IMG/VR virus record: IMGVR_UViG_2799113183_000001
Span: 3,426 to 67,425 of that record
DNA: 64,000 bases
Source: a virus
Taxonomy: Duplodnaviria; Caudoviricetes
Reading direction: 5' to 3' (one strand)
Shown one piece after another: positions 1 to 7,486 of this stretch (positions are counted from its first letter, which is position 1; the number at the start of each line of letters is the position of its first letter). The translations under genes and the position numbers were made by a program. The notes beneath the pieces were generated by a model that was given only the letters and a program-made list of their open reading frames with translations, was not told the DNA's origin and ran no database searches.

Positions 1-14
1 GCAGCCTCGCAATC

Positions 15-1175
15 ATGGACGCGGTGCTGGCTGAGAAGCTGTTGGTCCACGTCCCCGAGTATGGGCGCTGGGATGACATCTTTTACGACGGCGCGAATGT
101 CACCGAGGGTATGGCTTACCTGATCGCGAATCAGCTTGAGGAAGATGCGGTAAACGCGAACGCTGGTAAGGCGATGTCGCTGCTCGCGAAGTGGCTTCCT
201 TCGGATTCGGTCAAGAGCGCGGAGCGCCGGAAGTTGCAGATCAATCTCCGGAAGCGTCTCGGCTTGGATCAGCGCACGTACCGAAAGCTGTTGTCCGCTC
301 TGCGTGACCGGCTTGGCCTGCTTGAGACTGACATGTCGCGGAAGCGTTGGGACAAGATCGACTTCTCCAAGCTGCCGGGGCAGGCGCACCGACGCCACGT
401 AAAGGCATTCTGGCGCAACACGGATGGCCGCTATGCGAAGTATCTGGAGTCTCTGGAGCGCGGCGAAGTCAAGGCCAACACGTCCACGCTGTACCCGTAC
501 GAGCTGTACGACATGGCGCAGCGGAGTGGCGAGGCTAGCGCGGCCAACGCGTTGTGGAAGAACCTGCCGGACTACACGCGCGGGAACGACGCCATCGTGA
601 TGGCTGACGTGTCCGGCTCGATGTGGGGACGACCGCTGTCGGTGGCGGTGTCGCTGGCACTGTATTTCGCGGAGCGCAACAAGGGTCCGTTCAAGGGCTA
701 CTTCATGACGTTCTCTGAGAAGCCGGAGCTTGTGACGGTCACGGGACGCAGCCTGGCCGACAAGCTGTCGAACATTCAGCGGTCGTCGTGGGGCTACAAC
801 ACGAACATCGTTGCGGCACTGGATGCAATCTTGCAGGCCGGTATCCGTTCGGGAAGCGTCCCCAAGACGCTCTATATCGTGTCCGACATGGAGTTTGATC
901 AGGCGGCACCGCTTGGTCGCAGCCACAGTTGGTCCACGGTGTTCGAGGCCGCGAAGGCAGAGTATGCCCGCCATGGGCTATATCTGCCGCATATCGTGTT
1001 CTGGAATGTCAACGGGCGCATTGGTAACCAGCCCGCGATTGCCCACGACGGCAATGTGACGTTGGTGTCGGGGTTCTCGCCTACGACGTTCAGCCAGGCC
1101 GTGGAGGGTAAGACTCCGCGCGAGCTGGTGGATTCGGTGGTGAACAGCCCTCGGTACGAGCGGATCGTTGTATGA
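15..1175 (+). CDS. DUF2828-family TROVE/Ro60-like vWA-domain protein (5' end lies upstream of window)
   Basis: Motifs PEYGRWDD, LLAKWLPS, YRKLLSAL, TLYPYEL, MIDAS-like DVSGSM, SDMEFD, IVFWNV, VSGFS; frame is open back to position 3, so the gene is truncated by the window edge. Confidence 0.85.
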   Translation: MDAVLAEKLLVHVPEYGRWDDIFYDGANVTEGMAYLIANQLEEDAVNANAGKAMSLLAKWLPSDSVKSAERRKLQINLRKRLGLDQRTYRKLLSALRDRLGLLETDMSRKRWDKIDFSKLPGQAHRRHVKAFWRNTDGRYAKYLESLERGEVKANTSTLYPYELYDMAQRSGEASAANALWKNLPDYTRGNDAIVMADVSGSMWGRPLSVAVSLALYFAERNKGPFKGYFMTFSEKPELVTVTGRSLADKLSNIQRSSWGYNTNIVAALDAILQAGIRSGSVPKTLYIVSDMEFDQAAPLGRSHSWSTVFEAAKAEYARHGLYLPHIVFWNVNGRIGNQPAIAHDGNVTLVSGFSPTTFSQAVEGKTPRELVDSVVNSPRYERIVV

Positions 1176-1309
1176 CGATCCTGGGACTGCTCGGGGCGCT
1201 TGGTCTCCTATGTGTAGGGGTCCTGGTGGTTTCCGTGTTGGGCTATTTCGTGATGGGGATAGCGGTCAAGATCATTGACTGGCTCGATGATCGACTGAAT
1301 TTGTTGTGA
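1172..1309 (+). CDS. small membrane protein (45 aa)
   Basis: ATGA overlap with the upstream stop; MTILGLLGALGLLCVGVLVVSVLGYFVMGIAVK is one long hydrophobic segment. Confidence 0.6.
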   Translation: MTILGLLGALGLLCVGVLVVSVLGYFVMGIAVKIIDWLDDRLNLL

Positions 1310-1316
1310 CAACTGG

Positions 1317-1346
1317 TTGGGACTGTCGTCCTACCAGTGTTACGGT
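1317..1346 (+). promoter_or_regulatory. possible SigA-type promoter for the ncRNA cluster
   Basis: TTGGGA-N18-TACGGT about 12 nt upstream of the first RNA unit. Confidence 0.3.
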
Positions 1347-1357
1347 AAAGATGGTTG

Positions 1358-1413
1358 TGGACGCATACAGCAACTAAACATACTTTCAATTTGGTGAAAA
1401 TATAATGCGTCCA
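1358..1413 (+). ncRNA. structured RNA unit 1 (GGAC stem + ACAGCAAC motif)
   Basis: TGGACGCAT(1358-66) pairs with ATGCGTCCA(1405-13); ACAGCAACTAAAC follows the 5' strand; inner TTTCA/TGAAA hairpin. Confidence 0.65.
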
Positions 1414-1416
1414 GTG

Positions 1417-1539
1417 TGGACCTTTACAGCAACTAAACGATTGCATAGTAAAGCCGGAGGTACGGGTTCGAGTCCCGTCGCCCGCCGTGAAGGCTGGCGT
1501 GGCTCAAGGGTAGAGCGCTGTTATCAAACCAAGGGTCCA
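1417..1539 (+). ncRNA. Y-RNA-like (YrlA-like architecture) RNA unit 2 with circularly permuted tRNA-like domain
   Basis: TGGACCTTT/AAGGGTCCA terminal stem; ACAGCAACTAAAC; T-arm ACGGG-TTCGAGT-CCCGT(1462-78); acceptor-like stem CGCCCGCC/GGCTGGCG closed by GTGAA; D-arm GCTC-AAGGGTA-GAGC(1502-16). Confidence 0.75.
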
Positions 1540-1554
1540 GTAAATATGCGGTTG

Positions 1555-1613
1555 AGGACATAAGCAGCAACCAAACACAATTGATTGCATTCAATGTCAA
1601 AAATGTGTGTCCT
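1555..1613 (+). ncRNA. structured RNA unit 3 (GGAC stem + GCAGCAAC motif)
   Basis: AGGACATA/TGTGTCCT terminal stem; GCAGCAACCAAAC; inner TTGA..TCAA hairpin. Confidence 0.6.
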
Positions 1614-1628
1614 GTTTAGCCGCGTTTG

Positions 1629-1664
1629 AGCCGACCAGCCTCGGGGGGTGCTGGTCGGCTTTTC
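1629..1664 (+). terminator. intrinsic terminator
   Basis: 11-bp stem AGCCGACCAGC/GCTGGTCGGCT followed by TTT. Confidence 0.8.
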
Positions 1665-1694
1665 TCGTATCTACTCACCTATCAGGGAGAAACA

Positions 1695-2135
1695 ATGACG
1701 TTGAACGTGGAGCGTTTGAAGGCGATCCGTGACCTAATCAAGATGGACCCCGAAAAGCACAATCAGCGGCTTTGGGCGGAGTTTACGGGCGCAGACCTGC
1801 CAAAAACTGCGCTCGGGACTCCGGTTGAGGTCTCATGTGGCACGGCGGCATGTGTTGCTGGATGGGCCTGCCAATTGGAGGGCGATAAATTCGTCATCTC
1901 CAGTTATGCGTTGCTCGGTAATCCGGATAAGGTATCTGCCGATCATGTTCGGACAGAAGACGGGGAAATCGAATACATCGGCACCCGCGCCACAGACATT
2001 CTCGGCATGGAGCCGGAGCAGACGGACATCCTCTTTTGGGAAGGCTGGACTACTAAGCAGGTTCTCAAGATTCTTAAGGGCTTGATTGAGTACGGCGAAA
2101 TCCCGCCCAAGTACATCAAGAAGTACGCGGGCTAA
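1695..2135 (+). CDS. hypothetical phage protein
   Basis: RBS GGGAGA before ATG 1695; coupled to next ORF by TAATG. Confidence 0.7.
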   Translation: MTLNVERLKAIRDLIKMDPEKHNQRLWAEFTGADLPKTALGTPVEVSCGTAACVAGWACQLEGDKFVISSYALLGNPDKVSADHVRTEDGEIEYIGTRATDILGMEPEQTDILFWEGWTTKQVLKILKGLIEYGEIPPKYIKKYAG

Positions 2136-2281
2136 TGATGGACAGCGACGACGAGAAGTGGTTCCCGGTTCCTGGCCGTGCAGAGCGACGCCGTATCGCG
2201 CGGCGCGTCGGCAAGGTCAAGCCGCAGCGGAGCCGCATTCGACGGAAAGCGCGCAAGCAGCGCACAGGGGGCGTGAAATGA
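2135..2281 (+). CDS. small basic hypothetical protein
   Basis: TAATG and ATGA coupling on both sides; Arg/Lys-rich 48 aa. Confidence 0.5.
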   Translation: MMDSDDEKWFPVPGRAERRRIARRVGKVKPQRSRIRRKARKQRTGGVK

Positions 2282-2676
2282 CGGTGCTGCTGGACCCTGC
2301 GGGCACGTCCCGTAAATCAACTGAGGGTGTGTACGCCGTCTGTGTCGCTGAGCCGCACAACGCGGTAACCGCGCGATGGATGCTGTCGAAACCCAATGGC
2401 GCAGTCTATTGGGCTATCGATGCTGACGTGGCTGACTGGAAAGTCGTCTACAAGCCGCCCGTGCCGGTCGGAAGGCTGTACTACCGCACCACTGTAGATG
2501 GCGATTTCGAGGTCGCGGTTCAAACCCGAAAGGGTCTGATGTGGGTTGAATCGAGCGGGCACTACTTCCAGGAAGAGCGGGACGACGACCCGCCGTACGA
2601 CGACGAAGACGGCAAGTGGACCATCGTCCAGCTCGGGGGAGTGGATGGCACAATCACAGATCCACGCGGAGGCTAG
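2278..2676 (+). CDS. hypothetical protein
   Basis: ATGA coupling, operon context. Confidence 0.6.
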   Translation: MTVLLDPAGTSRKSTEGVYAVCVAEPHNAVTARWMLSKPNGAVYWAIDADVADWKVVYKPPVPVGRLYYRTTVDGDFEVAVQTRKGLMWVESSGHYFQEERDDDPPYDDEDGKWTIVQLGGVDGTITDPRGG

Positions 2677-3043
2677 CGCACGCCACTTTGGCGGAAAGCC
2701 CGACGACTACATAGCGATCCACGAATGGATCGACCAATTCAAGAGCGTCGTGGGTGACGTGTCGCATCGCCAGTACCTCCACAACTCCAAAGGCCCGTGG
2801 ATGGCCCAGGAAGTGTTTGGCCGCTACATCGAAAATTCGGACGGCAAGAAGGTCCTTGTCCGAGAGATCGCGGAAAACCATGTTGTGGAGGATTTGGGCT
2901 GGATTCCTTCTCCGGCTGACTGGTCTGCCTGTCTGACTTGCAAGGTGTGGATGGGCGGTAAACGTAACAAATTCATTGGGCGAGAAGAGCTTTTGGAGCA
3001 GGCTTTGCCTCACCCGAACAAAAGCAGGGGGAATGATGACTGA
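2645..3043 (+). CDS. DUF6915-like protein
   Basis: HAEASARHFGGKPDDYIAIHEWID...HRQYLH...ENHVVEDLGWIPS pattern. Confidence 0.75.
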   Translation: MAQSQIHAEASARHFGGKPDDYIAIHEWIDQFKSVVGDVSHRQYLHNSKGPWMAQEVFGRYIENSDGKKVLVREIAENHVVEDLGWIPSPADWSACLTCKVWMGGKRNKFIGREELLEQALPHPNKSRGNDD

Positions 3044-3614
3044 TGGCTTTCTGGGCCATGGGATTACCGGCAACATCGCGTACTACGGACGGCGACAGAG
3101 CGAGCAGCACGACCCGGCAGAACTAGTCGCCGCACTCGATGCCCTGTTCGCCTTTCCGGAGGTGGTGTCGGTTCGGTGGACGCAGTACACGCCGTACTTC
3201 AATGACGGCGACGCCTGCACGTTCAGTGTTCACGAGGCCCGCACGAAGCTGGTTGATACCGATGAGGATGCGGGCGACTACGAGGATGGGTTCATTAGCT
3301 CGTCGGGCGACTGGCCTTCCGACTATTTCGAGACTCACTCGTACGGTGAGTGGTTCCGCGATCCAAGCACTGGACGGTCAGCGCGAGTGTATCCGGCTGG
3401 TAAGTCTCCGGTGGACTACGACGACCGTGAACTATTCGTCAATGGTGTTGTCCGCAAGGACATTCAGGCCGCGATGCACGCCGTCGAGTCGGCGGTTGAA
3501 GGCGGGCATCACGAAGCGATCCTGCATGAGAAGTTCGGCGACCCGGCAGAAGTGACCGTTGTCCGCGAGGGCGACAGCTACAAGTTCGATGTCGAGCACT
3601 ACGACCACGACTAA
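3033..3614 (+). CDS. conserved phage hypothetical protein
   Basis: RBS GGGGG; WTQYTPYFNDGDACTFSV motif recognised from actinophage proteins. Confidence 0.7.
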   Translation: MMTDGFLGHGITGNIAYYGRRQSEQHDPAELVAALDALFAFPEVVSVRWTQYTPYFNDGDACTFSVHEARTKLVDTDEDAGDYEDGFISSSGDWPSDYFETHSYGEWFRDPSTGRSARVYPAGKSPVDYDDRELFVNGVVRKDIQAAMHAVESAVEGGHHEAILHEKFGDPAEVTVVREGDSYKFDVEHYDHD

Positions 3615-3643
3615 CTGAAACTGCCGTGGGGGCGGCGTAACGA

Positions 3644-4615
3644 TTGACTGACTATCAAGTAAAACGAGACTATTGGGACAGGCCAATCGTTATGCCCCCC
3701 GACGCGGGACCGCTGACAGGGGAATGGCGAGAAGGCAAGGGGCGCGATGGAAAACACAAACGCTGGTGGTACTCCAAGGACGGCAAGGGCTACAGTCGCG
3801 CATCCGGCGCAGGTAAGGGACTCGACACCAAAGAGAACCTTATCGAGTGGGCGTGCTGTCAGGCTGCGGTCGGAATCCTTCTCGACAACGCGGCGCGTTC
3901 TGAGGTCGCAACCCTCATCAACGAGTATGACGCAGATCCTTGGTACAAGGGTGACGACGGCGGCACACGATCCGGCAAGGACCGACTCAAGTCGGCGGTC
4001 GAGCAGGCCCGGAACACTGCCGGTCAACACACTGCATCTTCTGCTGGCACTGAGTTTCATAAGTTGGGCGAGCTACACAATCAGGGCAAGGTCCCGCGCA
4101 TCGTCCAAGAGCAGTGGGTAGACAAGTTCGAGCAGTACAAGCAAGCGGTTGAACCTATCCGTTTCTTGGCGCAAGAGCTGTTGCTAGTCAACGACATTCT
4201 GGAACTCGCCGGTTCGGTCGATTACCTGATGGAGTTGCCTGCCGGTCTCACGACGCCAGACGGCACGTACCACCCGGAGAAATTCGTGTGTGTGGGCGAC
4301 CTCAAGACAGGTCGCTGGGACTCAAAACGTCCGATGAGTGTTACGTGCCAGTTGGCGGCTTACGGGACCGGGAAACGCTACGACCAAGAGACGAATACCC
4401 GCACCGAGTTGCATGAGCGCATCAACACGGATTGGGGTGTGATGGTGCACTTTCCGATCATGAACGATGCCGCAGAGGTGCGGTTCTACTGGATCGATCT
4501 GCAATTGGGATTGCGTGCCGCAAAGATCGGCAAACAAGTCGAAGATGTGCGTAAGTGGTTTTCGCGCAAGGAATCTGATCCGAAGGAATTGGTCTTACGT
4601 GACCATGCCTGGTGA
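3644..4615 (+). CDS. PD-(D/E)XK (Cas4/RecB-like) exonuclease
   Basis: AGSVDYL...VGDLKTG...QLAAY nuclease motifs; directly upstream of ERF. Confidence 0.75.
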   Translation: MTDYQVKRDYWDRPIVMPPDAGPLTGEWREGKGRDGKHKRWWYSKDGKGYSRASGAGKGLDTKENLIEWACCQAAVGILLDNAARSEVATLINEYDADPWYKGDDGGTRSGKDRLKSAVEQARNTAGQHTASSAGTEFHKLGELHNQGKVPRIVQEQWVDKFEQYKQAVEPIRFLAQELLLVNDILELAGSVDYLMELPAGLTTPDGTYHPEKFVCVGDLKTGRWDSKRPMSVTCQLAAYGTGKRYDQETNTRTELHERINTDWGVMVHFPIMNDAAEVRFYWIDLQLGLRAAKIGKQVEDVRKWFSRKESDPKELVLRDHAW

Positions 4616-4630
4616 TCCGAAGGGGAGAAA

Positions 4631-5419
4631 ATGACGACAGCGACGACGACGCGGCGTCGAACTGCGAAGAAGGCCGCTGATCCGGAGGACGATCTGTCCG
4701 AGCCGGAAGCCAAGGAGGCGGAAGCGCCACCACTCAATTGGCCGTTACCGACTGTGTTCCATGCCTGGAACGCGGTCATGAACGACGTGCAGTCCATCGG
4801 TAAGGAATCGCGCAACGCACAGCAGAACTTCAACTTCCGTGGCATTGACGCGGTGTTGGATGCTGTTGGCCCGGTACTGCGCAAGCACGGTGTGGCGGTG
4901 GTGCCTACCGCATTCGAGCACGAGGCAGAGCGGTACACCACGAAGAGTGGCGGGCAGATGCTTAACCGCGTAGTGCAGGTCACCTACACCGTGTACGGGC
5001 CGCGAGGGGATTCATTCACGGGCAGCGTGTTCGGTGAGGCGGCGGACTCCGGCGACAAGGCGATGTCCAAGGCGCATTCTGTTGCGCTGCGTACGTTCTT
5101 GTTGCAGGCGTTGACCATTCCGACGGGTGATCCTGAGCCGGATGCGAGTTCGCATGAGCGCGCGACTCCGGCGACGGCGGCACGCGCTGAGGGCAAGCCG
5201 GTCCAGCACCAGTTGCCTCCCGAGAACGCCGAGTCCAAGCAGGAGCGCGAGGACTTGAAGGCAGTCGCGACGGAGAACGGCTGGGATCTGGGTGCGGTCG
5301 CGAAGGCATTCGAGAAGGGCAGTGCGGGCAAGCAGTTGCGTGAGGCATCGCCCGACGAGGTGATCGCGTTCACGAACAGCCTTGTGGGCGGGCTTGTGTC
5401 TGGATTCAAGACGAAATGA
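4631..5419 (+). CDS. erf: ERF-family ssDNA annealing protein
   Basis: FNFRGIDAV, GEAADSGDKAMSKAHSVALRTFL, IPTGDPEPD motifs. Confidence 0.85.
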   Translation: MTTATTTRRRTAKKAADPEDDLSEPEAKEAEAPPLNWPLPTVFHAWNAVMNDVQSIGKESRNAQQNFNFRGIDAVLDAVGPVLRKHGVAVVPTAFEHEAERYTTKSGGQMLNRVVQVTYTVYGPRGDSFTGSVFGEAADSGDKAMSKAHSVALRTFLLQALTIPTGDPEPDASSHERATPATAARAEGKPVQHQLPPENAESKQEREDLKAVATENGWDLGAVAKAFEKGSAGKQLREASPDEVIAFTNSLVGGLVSGFKTK

Positions 5420-5607
5420 GCACGTTCGGTGCCCTGGTGGGGTCATTGGCCACCTCACCAGGGCTGACGCTGCCGTGCGAGGAATGCACTGACCGGACCG
5501 CAATGTTCGCGGTGGGCCATTTCGATCATTGGCTGGTGTGTGAGCCGTGCCTTGATTGGGGAGATAAGCGGCGCTGGTGGAATGCGCTGCCAGTACAGAG
5601 GATTTGA
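5416..5607 (+). CDS. small Cys-containing hypothetical protein
   Basis: ATGA coupling; two CxxC motifs. Confidence 0.5.
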   Translation: MSTFGALVGSLATSPGLTLPCEECTDRTAMFAVGHFDHWLVCEPCLDWGDKRRWWNALPVQRI

Positions 5608-5622
5608 GCGAGCGGGGGGACA

Positions 5623-5976
5623 TTGAGTGACTGGAATCCGGTCTCTGTAGAACAAACGATCAACGAAACGGTCAACGAGATTGCGCAGGGCGTCAACAAG
5701 GCGTCAAGCGCATACGACGACTACCTGACGGCAGATCGTGAGTTCGATTTGGCGTACGCGCGGGCATACATGCGGTGCGACGGCCCCGCGCACGCGAAGA
5801 AGTATCAGGCCGAGCTGGACACCGAAACCGAACGCATCGCACGCGACGCGGCAGATGTGGCCTACCGGCTGGCCGACAAGACGAACAAGGCGTTGGAACA
5901 GAAGCTAGACGCGATCCGGTCTATCGGCGTATCAGTACGCCAGGCGTACCAGGTTGCAGGAAGGGGAGAATGGTGA
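5623..5976 (+). CDS. hypothetical coiled-coil protein
   Basis: RBS GGGGG + TTG; operon context. Confidence 0.65.
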   Translation: MSDWNPVSVEQTINETVNEIAQGVNKASSAYDDYLTADREFDLAYARAYMRCDGPAHAKKYQAELDTETERIARDAADVAYRLADKTNKALEQKLDAIRSIGVSVRQAYQVAGRGEW

Positions 5977-6227
5977 GTTTGGAAATGCCCGCAGCCCCGG
6001 ATGGGCATCACTGGGCGGTTGTGCTGCACGACAAGGAAGTTGAAGTGCAGTTGATCCGGACCGAGGACATGACGCGGGCCGCGCACGAGTATGTGGAGTA
6101 CGCCGTCATGGGTCGAAACTACGATGCACCAACCGCAGTTGTCCGTGGCGCGAACATCATTGCGCACCGCGCAACCATGGCACAGCGGGTGTTCGATGAG
6201 TTGGGCGTCATCGCGACCATGCGTTGA
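5970..6227 (+). CDS. hypothetical protein
   Basis: RBS AAGGGGAG before ATG 5970. Confidence 0.6.
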   Translation: MVSLEMPAAPDGHHWAVVLHDKEVEVQLIRTEDMTRAAHEYVEYAVMGRNYDAPTAVVRGANIIAHRATMAQRVFDELGVIATMR

Positions 6228-6577
6228 ACGAGAAACAATGCCGTCGAACGGTATTTGACCGCTCGGAAGGCTTCTGTGAACGCTGCTGCCGTCCGCACAC
6301 GAGCTGGCGACCGCTCACCATGCACCACCGGCTGAAACGCGGACAGGGCGGTATCTGGAGCCCGGAGAACATCGTCGCGGTGTGTGGTGACGGCGTAACC
6401 GGATGTCACGGACTGTTCGAGCACTACCCCGACAAGGCGGCGTCGCTGGGCTGGCACGTCCGGCCATGGCTGAACCCTGCTGAGGTGCCGCTGCTATGGC
6501 GCGGCTCTACGTGGGTGCTTCTAACCCCGGAAGGAACCGTTACGAATGTGGAAGAAGGCGCTAGCGGTACTGGCTAG
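6224..6577 (+). CDS. HNH endonuclease
   Basis: CxxC...HHRLKRGQGG...NIVAVC...CHGLFE. Confidence 0.8.
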   Translation: MNEKQCRRTVFDRSEGFCERCCRPHTSWRPLTMHHRLKRGQGGIWSPENIVAVCGDGVTGCHGLFEHYPDKAASLGWHVRPWLNPAEVPLLWRGSTWVLLTPEGTVTNVEEGASGTG

Positions 6578-6836
6578 CTGCGCAGTCCTGGTTGGGTGCT
6601 CGCAAATCAAGTACGGCACCGTGACCGACAAGAGCTACCACCCGGCGTGGACTCAGTACAACACCACGACGCAATGCAGCGGGACTCCACCAAGCCGGGT
6701 TTGCGTACCGATTGTGACGCCGACGTACTGGCCGGAGTCCTATCAACTGCGGCTCAAGAATGACCGCGATGAGGGCTGGCGTTCTGTGACTCGCGAGGAG
6801 TACGACCGCTACAAGGTGGGTGCAAAGTACCCGTGA
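6546..6836 (+). CDS. putative lipoprotein
   Basis: Signal peptide with lipobox VLVG-C (Cys17). Confidence 0.65.
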   Translation: MWKKALAVLASCAVLVGCSQIKYGTVTDKSYHPAWTQYNTTTQCSGTPPSRVCVPIVTPTYWPESYQLRLKNDRDEGWRSVTREEYDRYKVGAKYP

Positions 6837-7486
6837 GTGACAACGGCAGAATCCATCGGAAGTTCTGGAATCACGACAAAGCGAAGGCTGCCGGGAACGC
6901 TGCGCTCGGACTGTGGGCGCGCGCGAACTCGTGGTGCCGTGATCACCGCAAGGCCGGGTATGTGCCCGCGCCGGACGCGTTAGAAATGGGCACACAGGAC
7001 GAAATTGACGCCCTGGTGAATGCCCGCCTCTGGGTTAAGACTCAGCATGGCTACAGGTTCCACGATTACGAGCATTGGAACGACGACGTGGAAGCGGACA
7101 GCATCGCGGGCGACATGGTGCGTGAGGTTGTACCGGCGTCTCACCCATCCGCAATCCGGAAGCAGCTCGTACGTCAGGCGACCACGCTGCTCGCTGAGGG
7201 CATCGACCGCGACATCGTGAAACGCGCCCTCGGGTTGTGGTGCGCCAAGGATCTATCGCCGTCGCTGCTGCCGAACCTTGCATCCGAGGCGATGAAGGAG
7301 GCGCAGCGGTCGCAGAACGTGATGAACGTGCTACGCGATTGCTGGCGGTCCGGAAAGGTCACTCCGCTCAAACAGTTTGGTTTCGTGTTCACGTTGCCAG
7401 ACATTCCCGATGACGTTGACCGCGATGCGTTCATTCACCAGGCAAAACGGGATTGGATGCTGGGCATTCGAGAGAGGATTAAGTGA
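6833..7486 (+). CDS. replication initiator-like / HTH DNA-binding protein
   Basis: N-terminal GLWARANSWC...GYVP motif typical of actinophage RepA-like proteins; immediately upstream of DnaB. Confidence 0.6.
   Translation: MSDNGRIHRKFWNHDKAKAAGNAALGLWARANSWCRDHRKAGYVPAPDALEMGTQDEIDALVNARLWVKTQHGYRFHDYEHWNDDVEADSIAGDMVREVVPASHPSAIRKQLVRQATTLLAEGIDRDIVKRALGLWCAKDLSPSLLPNLASEAMKEAQRSQNVMNVLRDCWRSGKVTPLKQFGFVFTLPDIPDDVDRDAFIHQAKRDWMLGIRERIK

Noticed and set aside
1446-1517. Ordinary tRNA-Tyr gene
   Set aside because: Arms are in permuted order, the acceptor stem is loop-closed with no CCA end, and the anticodon stem is incomplete
1358-1613. CRISPR-like mini-array (repeats with variable spacers; Cas4-like nuclease nearby)
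   Set aside because: Units are closed by their own variable terminal stems, the interiors are structured and unequal (about 30-100 nt), there are only three units, and there are no cas1/cas2 or effector genes; the nuclease is paired with ERF as a recombination exonuclease
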